Of a stretch of DNA of 64,000 nt, positions 1 through 12,200 are shown in pieces. Source of the stretch: Plasmodiophora brassicae (lineage: Eukaryota). The position numbers and the translations under genes were made by a program. The stretch is taken from contig CP145421.1 of NCBI GenBank assembly GCA_036867785.1, positions 124,001 to 188,000 on the forward strand, in the 5' to 3' direction. A model generated the notes under the pieces. That model did no database searches and was not told the DNA's origin. It saw only the letters and a list, made by a program, of their open reading frames with translations. How positions within the stretch are numbered: the first letter of the stretch is position 1; every line of letters begins with the position of its first letter.

Positions 1-735
1 TACGTCGAGCACTTCCGTCTCTGGGGACTAATTTGATACCGGTCTATTTGATGTGCAGTTGAAGATGATCACTTGTTCAACTTCTTGGCACAGATACGAA
101 ACGAGTTCGTCAATATGGCGGAACAGCCCATTTTCGCCAGTGATTCCTTTCGTTCGGTATTTTCAGAGGCCATCAAGAGGGCGCTGCGAGACGCGGTACG
201 TATTCGATGGTTCTGACGACCCCATTAGTCCCAGTATCAAGGGGCGCAGCAGCATGGCCAAAATCGTACGCAACGACAACGGTAACATCATATGTTGCCT
301 CATTGCTTTATGTATGAATTTAGGTGGAATTGCGGGCAGGCGCGTTGGAGGGTACGGCCGCTTTTGTTGGCGTCCAGTTGTATCATCTGATCAGAATTGC
401 AGATTATAGAACACGAGGATGTACGAGGGCGGCGGATATGCAACGTACGAAATTTGTTCCACTTGCCGATCCTGACGGCACGTCGACGTCGCGGTCGGGT
501 GGATCGGCGCCCATCAAGAAACAGTTACAATAAACCATTCGTTGATTCTATTCTGTTGTTAGCGAGAATATCAAATACGATAGTGTCTCAATGCCTGGGG
601 TACCATTCCATTCTATTACTATACCGGTAGGGAGAGCAAAAAACCATACGATGTTTTTTGGAAGGACGTCCGTTGAGCGCATTTTTTGCAAAATCGGGTC
701 CCGAAATCGGCACCAAATTGGCACTACCTACACTC

Positions 736-3700
736 TGTCAGACTTTCGCCCAGTAGCTCCAGCTTCGATCGGGATGCCCTCGGAACATTCCGAGAGGCAA
801 CTAACCTGCGGACTGCGCGATACATAAAAATCATTCTGGTGTTGTATTGCGTCGAGGCGGACCGTCCACTTCTGTCAGATTAACAGTCGTAAGAGGCGCT
901 GCGATGTCGGACGGGACGGTCGATCCGGTGGGCAAGAAGGGCATGGGGTCGCTTGCCCGGATCAGGGACGCGGCCGAAGACTTCAAGGAAGCGTTCGTCA
1001 CCGACACACTGGAATCACTGAGGCCCGAGCACGAGCTCGCGCGAGAGGCGGTCGTCAACAGCATCAATCGCATGGCTGCCTGCAAGCAAAATTGGACACG
1101 AGCGATGAGGGCACTGAAGCTCGAGGACGATGATAACGTTGATGTCGTCGCTGCCATGATGCTGACCATGCGAATGACGGACGACTGGATGGAACTTCTA
1201 GAGGACATGTACTGCGATCGCCTAGGGGTCAGGAGGAAGCGAACGCAAGCATCGGAGCGGGCGCAGGCATTGCGATCGAACCCTGAAACAGTTACGCGAT
1301 CGGCCACGACAAAGGAACTTGGGATCTCGACCAGAGTTGCGAAGTACTCAGGGACAGATGGTATCTGTGCGACGTGGTTCGTTGACTTTGAGGGAATCAT
1401 GAACATGCTCCAAGTGAACGAGGCGATGTGGCGCGTAATATCTGAACGGATGTTTCGTGGGCAAGGCAGGGAAGGCGTACACGACGTTCAAGCAGAGCCG
1501 GCCTGATGGATGGAATTATGATGAGCTGAAGGAATACATGGTCGACATGTTTGACACCAAGGAGATGAAGGACTTATCGAGGGACTTAGACTGGATTCGT
1601 CAACAACCGAAGGAGATGGCGAGTGACTTCAGACTACGCTGGGAGGAACTGATGTCCAAGATTACCCAGAAGGGGACGGTGATGACGGAGGAATTCCAGA
1701 TTTCGATTTTGAGGAACCGAATGTTGAGACGCTACGACTTGGATGTCAAGGACTTCGAGACTAAGGGTGAGCTGTTCAAGCACTGCATTGCCAAGGACCC
1801 TAAAGGCATGCGATCGAGCAAGAGGGACGGCAAGAAAGAGGATGACGAAGACACGGTGATGTTCACCCTGAGGAACGGGAAGAAGGTCAACCTGGCCACC
1901 GTTAAATGTCACCGATGCAACCAGATGGGACACTTTCAATGGATGAGAGACAAGTGCAATAAGGCCGGCAGTGACGACGGCAAAAGTGAGGACGGAGAGA
2001 TGTTCATGACGGTCAAGGACAAGGGCAAGTTCGACGAGGACATCTGGGTGAATGACGACGCAGCCCCGTGGCATGTTTGCAATTCGCGGGAGGCATTCGT
2101 GGACATGGACGAATGCCAAGGCAAGGTACTGGGAGGCGACAAAGAGTATGAGGGCGTCGACATCGCGGGGATCGGGACCGTGCGCATCACGACGGAGAGC
2201 GGCAATCAGATCACGCTCAATGAGACGCGCTACGTGCCGAGCTTCAAGACCAATCTCATATCCGGTCAAAGAGTGATTGACATGGGATGTACAGTGAGGG
2301 GAGACAAGACAAGATTGGAGTACATGCGCAAGGGCAAAGTGGTGCTAAGCATGTCGCGATACAAAGGGTACTGGGCGCTAAGGGCAACCCCGAAACCTCA
2401 GTCGGTTCTATTCGGACAACCTGGACCGGCGGTGTCGCTGAGCACGTGGCACGAACGCTTTGGACATGCATCGTATGACAAGCTGATGAAGTTGATCAAA
2501 GAAGAATCGTGCGAGGGCCTGAACGCGTCGGACGTCAAGGCACCTGAGGGGAAGTGTGTCGATTGCTATATCGGGAAAAGCAAACGGCAAGCATTCGTGA
2601 AAGAAGGCGACGAGGCGAAGGAAATCGGAGAGATGATACACGCGGACATCAGTGGCAAGTTCTCTGTCAGGGGACGGAGTGGGAACTGGTACTTCTCTGT
2701 ACTCCGAGACAAGAAGAGTCGACATGGGTGGGTCAAGCTGATCAAGCGGAAGAGCGAAGCGGGCCAGCACTTCATGGAGTTCAAGCCCTGGTTCGAGCGC
2801 CAGACGGGGAGGAAGATCAGAAGGTACGCCAACGACAAGGGAGGCGAATTCGTGTCAAAGGAACTGCGGGAGTATTTGAGCGCTGAGGGCATCGAGATTT
2901 GGGAGACCAACACTGCCACACCGAATGAGAACGAACTTGCCGAACGATACGTGGGGATGATCAAGGACATGGCGACTACGAATCACGAACGATCAGGCCT
3001 ACCGAGAATGTTCTGGGATGATGCCGTGGAACACGCTGGAGTCATCACACCACTGCTGCCGACGAACAAAGTAGAAGACGGGAAGACACCATTCGAGATC
3101 ATCCACAACCGGAAGCCGCGAGTTTCACAACTGAGACCATTCGGATGTCAGGCGATCGTGTACCAGTCGAAAGACACGCGAAGGAGTTCGAGATCAAAAG
3201 CGAAGGGCATCGAAGGAGTGATGATCGGGAATGCGCCCAGCCGCCCAGGGTACAAAATCTACATCACAACGTCCAAGAAGGTTATCGTTTCAAGAGATGT
3301 CGTGTTCAACGAGCACGTGTTCCCTTACAAGATCATGCAGGAAGAGGCAAAGGCGAAGTTGATCATGAACGAGATGGCAATGTTCGCTGACGCCGAACCC
3401 GACGTGGGAATGCAGGACGTAATGAACGAAGTCATGTTCCAACAGACCAAGGCGAGTGAGGTACCACTACCGACATCGTACGAAGAGGCGATCGCGAATG
3501 AGAATTGGAAAAGAGCAATCGAGGACGAGCAAGAGGCCATGAGAAACCGCGACGTGTTCCGACTGATGCCATTACCGACGGGTCGAAAGGCATTGAAATG
3601 CGACTACGTCTACAAGGCGAAAGCGAATCCTGATGGGTCCGTGAGCAAGTATAAGGCGCGACTTGTTGCGAAGGGGTACGACCAGGTGAAGGGGATTGAC

Positions 3701-5165
3701 TACGTGGACACCTTTGCACCGGTGGCAAAGCTAGCAACTCTGAGGCTGCTGATTGCGTTGAAGGTGATACGGCGGTATACCGCCTGGCAAAGGGACGTCA
3801 AAACGGCATTCCTGTACGCCGACTTGAAGGAGGACGTATACATCCAACAACCAAAAGGCATGGAAGACGATGACCACCCGGACTGGGTGTGGAAGTTGAA
3901 TAAGTCGATCTACGGCCTGAAACAAGCATCGCTCGAGTTCTACAAGCATCTAGTGACCGCGTTCTTGAAGGGCGGGTTTGAACAATGCAAGAGTGATCCG
4001 TGTCTGCTGAAGAAGGTCGACGGTGACGATGTCGTGTTCGTGGCGTTTCATGTCGACGACATTCCGATCGTGGGGAGCTCAACCCGGATTATGCTCGAGG
4101 CTGACCAAGTGTTGAAAGACAACTTCACGGTCGAGGAGAGCGAGTTCGAATGGATGCTGGGGATCAACATGAAGTGGTCGCCAGACGGAGGCGTGCATCT
4201 TAGCCAAGAATCGTTCGTCGAGATGCTCCTGACCAAGTTCCACATGACCAGCGCCAAGGGTGCAAACACACCAATGCAGAAGGGCGAGACGATATCGGCA
4301 CGGGGGAGCCCAAGGACCGACGATGAGCGGATAGAGTCCAAGCGGCTACCATATCGAGAGTTAGTCGGTTCCTTGTTGTATCTCACCGGTACGAGACCCG
4401 ACATCGCGTTTGTGGTGGGACGACTGTGCCGTTTCATGGGCTGCTACGGCGCGAACCACTACGAGGCAGCCAAGCGAGTGCTACGGTATTTGAAGACGAC
4501 GAAGGACATGGCGTTGAAATACCCTGGCTGTGAACAGAGCGAACAGCTGAAGCTCATCGTGGACTCCGATCACGCAGGATGTCCCGACACCGGAAGGTCC
4601 ACCACCGGGTATATGATCAAGTTTGGTGAATGCATGATCACGTGGAAATCCGTGCTGCAGAAGACTGTGGCGCTGTCGACCACCGAGGCCGAGTACATGG
4701 CCCTATGCAGTGGGGTGCGCGAGCTATTGTGGGTGAAGCAGGTGTGTGAGTTTCTTCAGGTCAAAATTGAAGGACCGATCGCGGTGTTCACGGACAACAC
4801 TGGAGCGATGGCCATTTCGAACCACCAAGGGGATGACCTGCGTGGGAGGACCAAGCATATGAACGTGCGCTACCACTTCACGAAAGAACAAGTACATGCA
4901 GGAACCATCAAGCTGCACCATGTACCGAGCACGAGGAACGTTGCGGACATCCTCACGAAGCCACTCACGAGGGATGCATTCGAGGGGCATCGTGCGAAGA
5001 TCCCGATCGATTCTGCGGGGGAGTGTCAGACTTTCGCCCAGTAACTCCAGCTTCGATCGGGATGCCCTCGGAACATTCCGAGAGGCAACTAACCTGCGGA
5101 CTGCGCGATACATAAAAATCATTCTGGTGTTGTATTGCGTCGAGGCGGACCGTCCACTTCTGTCA
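736..5165 (+). mobile_element. Full-length Ty1/Copia LTR retrotransposon (Copia-1)
   Basis: 142-bp LTRs 736-877 and 5024-5165 (TG..CA, 1 mismatch seen), 5-bp TSD CACTC, PBS 878-891, PPT GCGGGGGAG before the 3' LTR. Domain order gag-PR-IN-RT-RH. Confidence 0.97.
904..5044 (+). CDS. Copia gag-pol polyprotein with one frameshift near 1460
   Basis: Zn knuckle CHRCNQMGH, PR-like WVNDDAAPWHVC, WHERFGH..C..C, IN IHADISG/DKGGEF/NELAER, RT KARLVAKG/DVKTAFL/HVDD, RH DSDHAG/ADILTKPL. ORFs 847-1506 and 1457-5044 join if one G is removed from CGTGGGCAAG. Confidence 0.93.
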
Positions 5166-6772
5166 CACTCATTGGCGTAATTAGTGTGGAACACACTAAT
5201 TGGATACCACTTTTTTCGATAGGTCAGACCACATTCAGTGTGTGTCACAGTAATAGGGAACTAACACTAATCACACGCTAAAATAAATAGTGTGATTAAC
5301 ACTATTCAAATTTCACCCTATTTAGTGTGTGTCAGCAGGTACGCAAAATGGCAGAAGGAGGTCACATTTTGTCGCACTATGACCTATACATGGGACTGGC
5401 TCATCATCGAAATGGTTTCGATGTTTGGAGATAATGGCTTGGAGGTTAGGGTTGAGCTGCGCCGGGAGGCAGCGCCCACCCGTGCCTGACCGTCGTCCCC
5501 GTCTACAGACAATTCGTCTTATCCTGAGCGATATTCAATTGATGTCACGCGACACCCACCAACGGCTCGCCTTCATGTAGTTCGCATTCGATGTGCCTCG
5601 GAAGTGTTCAGGGAGTTCGCGAATTGTCCTGCCGAACAGGCGGGCTTTGCCATGAGAAGCGTCGTCGCTGACCATCCACGATACACCTTCATCCGCGTCT
5701 GCTGCGCCGACACTTGCTGCAGCTTACGCTTCCGGTCGTTACTTCTTTCTGGTCCCACATCAGTTTCGACCTCTTCTTCTGATTGTCGAACTTCCGGAGC
5801 ACCATCTGGTTGCTGTCTTGAGCCGCCAGATTCCTGCTCGTCCTCTGACGATGAGTCATTATCGTCGATCCCGGCCCGCTGTTGCTGTGCACGTGCAAAC
5901 GCGGCTGCAATCGTTGATGCGGAGAAGACAGATATTGCTGGCATCGCGTGGCCCTCGTCCTGAGAAACCTGGCAATCGCGTATGTGTAGTCTGTTCGGAC
6001 TCCGGAGATGTACAGGTACGCCGCGGAGGCAAGTCTGTTACAAGTCGAGCAGAGCATTCACTGAGTGTTGCTATATATAGAAATCATGGCCGGATGGAGG
6101 TGGTATCCCATTAGTGTTAGTAACACTAATGGGAAACTAACACTATTTAGTTTTACACACTAATTACGCCAATGAGTGTAGTGCCAATTTGGTGTCGTCA
6201 AGTGCCAATAAAGGGCTGATGGGCTAATCCACGGGATGGCACTAATTTGGCACTTCTGTTTTTCCATTGAATGTCACTCTGACGTCAGACATGTTGTATA
6301 TCTGATGCAGGCAATATAGCACGAATCAGGCTCTGCAGGCTGGTTCTGACAAATCGCGGAATGGCGCAATTTACCAAGGCGTCTTGAACTTCTTCCGCAG
6401 TCGGGGAATTGCAAACAGTGACGCCGTGCAATGGCCCTTCGACGAGACGAAGCGGAGTAAGTGCATGCACTGACTGTCAACGACGTGTACCTAATGTGGT
6501 ATTAAACCTGCAGTGATTAAAAACTTTCTGGCCAACGCCAAGGCTGCCGCTGGCCTCAGTCGGAAGGAACCCGGGACGAAGAAGCGCTTCAAGAAAGCGC
6601 CAACCGGGATGATAACAGGAGACGGGCCCAAATTCCGCTTCCTGGAGCGTTTATGGGCCCGGATGAAAGAAATCCCAGACGGCCATCCAGGCCTGGAAGG
6701 AGAGGAGATGCTGGAACGCGCTATGACGACGTTTCGAAACACGGCCGGCACCTGGAATTCACAATCTGATTA

Positions 6773-7672
6773 GAGCGTGTTTCAAGTAAAAATAGAGGTG
6801 AAATCAATAGAGGTCCGCGCACTTTCGTGTTTTAAGTAGAGGTCACCTCAATTGCACCTCTATTTTCCGAAAGTAGGCTCACGGAGTCCGTGGAGTCTGC
6901 AGCTCACTGCAAGTAGACCGGTAGACGCCATGGAGAAGTCGGACGAGACACCGAAGAGGAAACGTGGTCGGCCCGAGAAAGGAGAGGACACCAGCGAGAC
7001 CATATCGTGGCGGGCCAATATGGTGGAAGTGCTTCTGGCGTCCAAGGAGCAACTTCGCAGTTACTTCTTGGACGCCAAAAACAAGCAGCAACTGAGCAAG
7101 GGGTGGCAGCGACTGGCTGGCATGTTCAACAATCAGCTGGGCATGGATGTGCCGCTTGAGAAGATCAAGATCAAGTACCAGCAGGTGCTCGCCCAGTATC
7201 GCAAGTTGAAGGCTGCTGATCGCGAGAAGGGCGACAACTCTGACACCATCTTGACTATCTGGTCAAACGACGCTTTCGTGCAGCGCAAGTGCCGTTTGAA
7301 CCATCCTACATTAAACGTGCTGTCATTGCACGCGTCACGAAACTGGCCGGCGCGCATGGAGATGCGTTTCGAGGGAGCTGTCGAAATTCTCGACCATCGA
7401 GTAGGTTACGCGAGGCAATCACAGCACAAGCGGCCGCACAGATGGTCACCGCAGCACCCTGAGCGGCAGCAATGGTTGAAACACATTCAGTCGCTACACA
7501 GCACGTTTCTGGTTGACACCGATGCCTACCGTTCCGGACGCCGTCATCTCTATTGTTGAAATAAGAGGTCCCGGACCTCTTTTTAGAAAATAGAGGTAAC
7601 GTAACGTGTAACTTCGAACCTGTTGGTCAGGACCTCTATTGATTTTGCTCTATTTTCACTTGGAACACGCTC
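6773..7672. mobile_element. Internally deleted PIF/Harbinger transposon
   Basis: TIR GAGCGTGTT(T/C)CAAGT(A/G)AAAATAGAG, 3-bp TSD TTA (6770-6772, 7673-7675). Convergent remnants of a Myb/SANT ORF (+) and the transposase N-terminus (-; WFKRHLRCTKASFDQIV). Confidence 0.88.
6930..7240 (+). pseudogene. Harbinger Myb/SANT-like DNA-binding protein, 3'-truncated
   Basis: MEKSDETPKRKRGRP..W....VEVLL...W..LA..FN......EKIKIKYQQV, the typical pattern of Harbinger ORF1. Confidence 0.7.
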
Positions 7673-7714
7673 TTATGATCCCTAAATTAATACAGCTAGC
7701 CCACGCACGTTTCA

Positions 7715-7830
7715 ATGCACGGATGCATGCAACGGATGCAGCTGGTGATGCAGACGGATGCAGCAGGTGATGCAGACGGATGCAGGCGGTGCTGCAGACG
7801 GATGCAGGCGGTGCTGCATCCGTCTGCAAC
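7715..7830. repeat. Short degenerate tandem repeat (GATGCAGACG/GATGCAGGCG)
   Basis: Repeated GGATGCAG/TGCAGACG units, directly visible. Confidence 0.7.
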
Positions 7831-8849
7831 CCAACCTGCAGTCATTTTTGCATCCGATCTGACGCCAGTGGAATGCCTCGATATCGAGCGCGCAAACGTC
7901 GATGCATGCGGGGTCTTGCGGCACGGCTGCAGCACCAACCTCTTCGTCGTCGTCGGCGTCGGAATCCACCTCGGTCGCGGACGCAGGTTCGTCGAAAGGC
8001 GGCCAAGGTGTCCGGTCACAAGGTGAAGTGTCCAGCCAGGCCTCAAAGGCAGCGTCTCGCCTGGTTTCCCATGCGCGCAGTAGGGCTGCGAGGCGAGGAT
8101 CTGAGTAGCCGCTTGCCGTTCGGAAAGTTGCTGGCGAGCATCGCGAAGCAGACCCCATAAGACGACACCGCGCCGAACCCATAACGCATCGGGAGATGTA
8201 GTCGGGGTTGCGGCCTCCGTGGTAACGGTTGTCATGCTGCGCCGGCTAAGGGGTGGGCGGCGGCACCCACCACGCCATTCGGCTGGCCGGCGATGGCACG
8301 AATGACCGGATCGAACTGGAGATAGACTCGCGGCAGAAGTCGACGACGTGGCCACGTTTGCAGACGCGGGCCCTCGGTCGCGGCTGGGTTGACAGCCCCA
8401 TCGCGGACGGTGGGTCGGCAACCGTTCAGGGGTGCGGACAAGGAAATCCAGGCGAAACAAGCGCCGAAACCGCATCCCAGTAGCGCGAGCCGAAAGATCC
8501 AAGCGACAAGGGCGCCGGAGCAGAGACAGACAAGGAGAGCCACAGGCCCACAAAACATAATCGAATGCCAGATGTGACCCACGCTTCAGCCGCCACAGAG
8601 GCTGGGGTGTGGGACACGGCCGACAAGACGGGACCGCCATCAGTTCGCTGTTGACGCGGAGAGCAGGCATCGGAGCGCTGGTCCAAGGTGAACGCAGGAG
8701 GATCCGACGGGCGAGAAGCTCCCTCAGCGACTCGGCTCTCGCCTACCGGAATCATGGGGTCGACCTTGTCTAGCGTCGATACTGTAAGAGGTGAGCGACG
8801 TGGCGGAGCCGGTGTCGATGTTGGGGTCGCCGAGTCACGGCGGGCTGCA

Positions 8850-9060
8850 GATCGCTGACGCCAGTCGATCACCGGATTATGGTGTTCAAGCCACGGCATC
8901 CCGAGAATGATGGGATGGTTGGGAGCGCGGATCACATTCAAAATCAAGTTGCTGTCCTGGAACTGACCGTCGACCCTCACAGCCATGGGTAGCGTCTCCT
9001 GCGACACCGGCGGTAGGGCCCTGCCATCAACCACTTTGACAGCAATCGCCTGCTGCTTCG
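8850..9060 (-). pseudogene. Gypsy-type aspartic protease C-terminal remnant
   Basis: AVKVVDGRAL...LNVIRAPNHPIILGMPWLEHHNPVIDWRQRS matches the retroviral-like RVP_2 motif ILGMPWL..HNP.IDW. Confidence 0.75.
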
Positions 9061-9211
9061 CAACGCAGGGAGTGTCGTTCTGTGACATCTCTCAATCTAG
9101 CATTGAGACGTTGTCATCGAAACGCAGTTCGAACTCTGATTTATTCCTGGCCCGCTGGTCTGCCAACCTCCAGTGTGTCTCCGGAGTCCGCAACGGTCTC
9201 CGGAGTCCGCC

Positions 9212-12200
9212 TGTGCTAACGCCGCCGCTGCCCACTACGGGGGCGGTCGGTCGCAAGAGTCGGCGCCTGGTGATATAACGAACTGATGTATTTGGACAGG
9301 ATCGTCACAGCAAGGGCCGCTGCGGGGTCGAGTACGGTCATGATCATGTGACCGGGTGGCAGCAGCATCTGAGCAGCATCATCTGAGTACTGGTACTCTG
9401 GATGAACACTCCCCGTGTTAGAAATCTGCTAACAGTCGTGAGCAGAGCGAGTCTCCTTCGGCGTGTCGTTCGAGGAAGGCCCTGACGATATCAGGAACAT
9501 CGGCCGCCATGACCGAGTAAGGTTCCCATGAATTGTCGGTGGCATCGAATCCGATCCAGTTGATCAGTAGTTCAGTGTCACCTGACGTAGAATTGACTCG
9601 AATGTCCTCGACTGCGTTGACTTGGTAAGCCACGCCGGTGAGCGCGATGTTGTGTTTCAGGGAAGAGGTGACATTCAAGTGCGCATCTGCATAGAACATT
9701 AAGCGCTGGGCGTGTACATCTGAGATACGATCAGTCAAGAGATCTCGAACTCGATACACCCAGTCGTTGATGGTGTCGATAATCTGGGCAGGTCCAGTCC
9801 AGTTGTACTCGGACTTGGAGTGCTTGCCATGGTTGGCCACGAGGACATAGTCGCCCGTCGTGAAGTTGATCTCGCGAACATTGCGTCGGCGACGCCGGGC
9901 GCGTTGCTTGAGATCACGTAGATGGGTGCGTGTACGTGCCACTGCTTTGTGCATGTCCTCGAGAGAATCGATAAGTTCCGTCGTCATTTCCTTGAGACGG
10001 TCAGGGGTCAACGGTACGTCGATAACCGCGTCGATGCGTTTGTTGAAGATAATCGAGATAGGTGTCGAGGGTGGCAAACCCGTAAACATCGTGACAGGCG
10101 CGTAGCCCACACTTGATCGAACAGTGTGATTTACCGTCATGTTGATCAGCGGAAGGACATACGGCCAATCCTGGAATGGAAGATTTAGCTCGGAGAGGAG
10201 GGACTTCAGCAGAAAGAGAAGCCGCTTGTTGACAACCTCAACCGTGCCGTTCGCCCAAGGTGTGTAGGCAGTTGTGAAATGATGGTTGCAGTGTAACCGG
10301 CTATTAAGCTCGGCGATAACCGTGTTTTTGAAGTGTGTGCCGCGGTCAGAGACATGTTGGAAAACAATGCCGAAACGTTTGAACCAATCCAGAAGAGATT
10401 CGGCGACAACGCTGTGATCCGCGAATTGACAAGGAATTAACTCGACGAATGCCGTGGCGTCGTCCTTCAGAACCAGAACATAACGAAGTTGATGAGAATC
10501 GCCTGGACGAGGTTTGGATAAGAACAGAAAGTCATAGTGGATGACCTTATTGGGCTTGTCCGCATGCATAGCCGTGCCAAAAGGTCGGGGAATCATCGAA
10601 TCTTTGTTGCGTAGGCAGTGTAAGCATTTGTCCACAAATGCACGAACAAAGGAATCCAGATCAGGCCACCAGAAGAGTTGTGCGATGCTCGAAATAGTCG
10701 ATGCAGCAGGTTGATGACCAGACAGTCCCATATGTGAAATCACTGCGATGCGTAGCTGCAGTGCATGTGATGGTACCCAGAGTTGATTGTCTGGAGTACG
10801 CCAGCCAGATTCCGGGCTAAGGTGGAGAGACATGTCCCCTTCGAGTTGGAGAATATCGGAAACGACAGATAAGTCGTGTTGGCGAATGTAGTCGGTCTGA
10901 GCGTTACTAATCTCGTCGACAGACGGCCAGATAAACTCATCGGTCATCTTGTAATCGTCGAAGTCAAGATTAATTGCCATATGACGAATAGAACGGAACG
11001 ATGGAGGGGAAAATGAGGAGAGTGGTTGCAGGGCGACGCCCCACCGCGTGGCGAGGTCGGCCCAAACGTTGTCCTCCCCAGCAATGTGCTCAATGTGAAA
11101 ATCTAGGTCGATAATCTGAAGTCGCCAGCGCTCCAAGCGATCGCCGGTCGTCCGACTAATTCGTGCAACCGAGGCTGGGTTCAGAATGAAAACCAGATTA
11201 CGGTGGTCCGTGAAGATTCGAAGTGCCAACTTTGACATAGATATGAAGTGTCTGAGGCGATAGCAGCCTTCGATGATGGCGTAGGCCTCCTTCTCAATGG
11301 TCGCCCACTTCAATTGAGAACCACGGAATGTCCCCGAGATGAACGACAAAGGTTCGTGGTGTTGCTCACCGTACGGAAGATCAATATCTTCCGGAGGGAT
11401 CTGCGACAGGAAAACAGACCAGAAACGGTCACTCGCATCCGGAAAGAGACACATGATCCATTCGTCCTTGGGGTGCGCCAGCGTCATGGCCTCCGATAGA
11501 CGATGCTTCAGAGAATTGAAACTGGTGAGATGGTCAGTGGTCCAGCCGATGTCGGCTAAACGAACTCGACGTAGGTGTGATTTCTTCAGACTGCTGACAG
11601 AACGAGAAGCGGACAGAAGTAGATCCTGTAGCGGATGAACATGTGCCGCGAATTGAGGGATAACAGAACGGACCCAATTGAGGCCCGAGAGGAACTGTTG
11701 GAGATCAGCAGCCGTGATAGGAGTTGATAGATCGTGCAAGGCGTTGAGATACGAGCGATCGAACGACACTCCATCAGCGGATATAACGCGACCGCACCAT
11801 GTCACTGAAGTGAGATATAACTGGCAGCGATCAGGGTTGAGTTTAACTCCAAACTCGTCGAAAGCGTTGAGAAGAGATTCGAGTGTGTCCATGTAGGCTC
11901 CGAATCCAGATACGTAGCCGAGGATATCGTCGATCCAGAGTAGGGCGCAGATATATAGAAGTTTCCCCAACACCTGTTGCATTCCCGCCTGGAACGCAAA
12001 CACGCAATCAGCGATTCCCTGGATGATGCGCCTGGGTGTAAACGTGGCGATGTGCGTCATGAACGAGCAGGCCTCCTGCGACAGGGTGCAACGGAAATTG
12101 CCAATAGCCTTTAAAGGCATCGAACAGCATGAAGATGGTCGCGGAACGTAGGTAGGTCAGGATGATGTCGATGTGAGGCATCGGCCATGCAATGCGTTCG

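Larger units (their letters stand above)
731..6178. mobile_element. Non-autonomous Tc1/mariner(pogo)-like DNA transposon, ~1 kb without the nested Copia
   Basis: TIR CACTCATTGGCGTAATTAGTGT: the left copy is split by the Copia (731-735 / 5166 onward), the right copy ends at 6178. TA flanks at 729-730 and 6179-6180. Many ACACTAAT sub-terminal repeats. Only a degenerate acidic ORF remnant (5573-5944, -). Confidence 0.7.

Noticed and set aside
1-700. Short ORFs at the window start
   Set aside because: No recognisable motifs; probably a truncated or degenerate sequence.
6260-6770. Spliced gene fragment cut by the Harbinger
   Set aside because: One plausible intron and an 86-aa exon, but no start or family identifiable.
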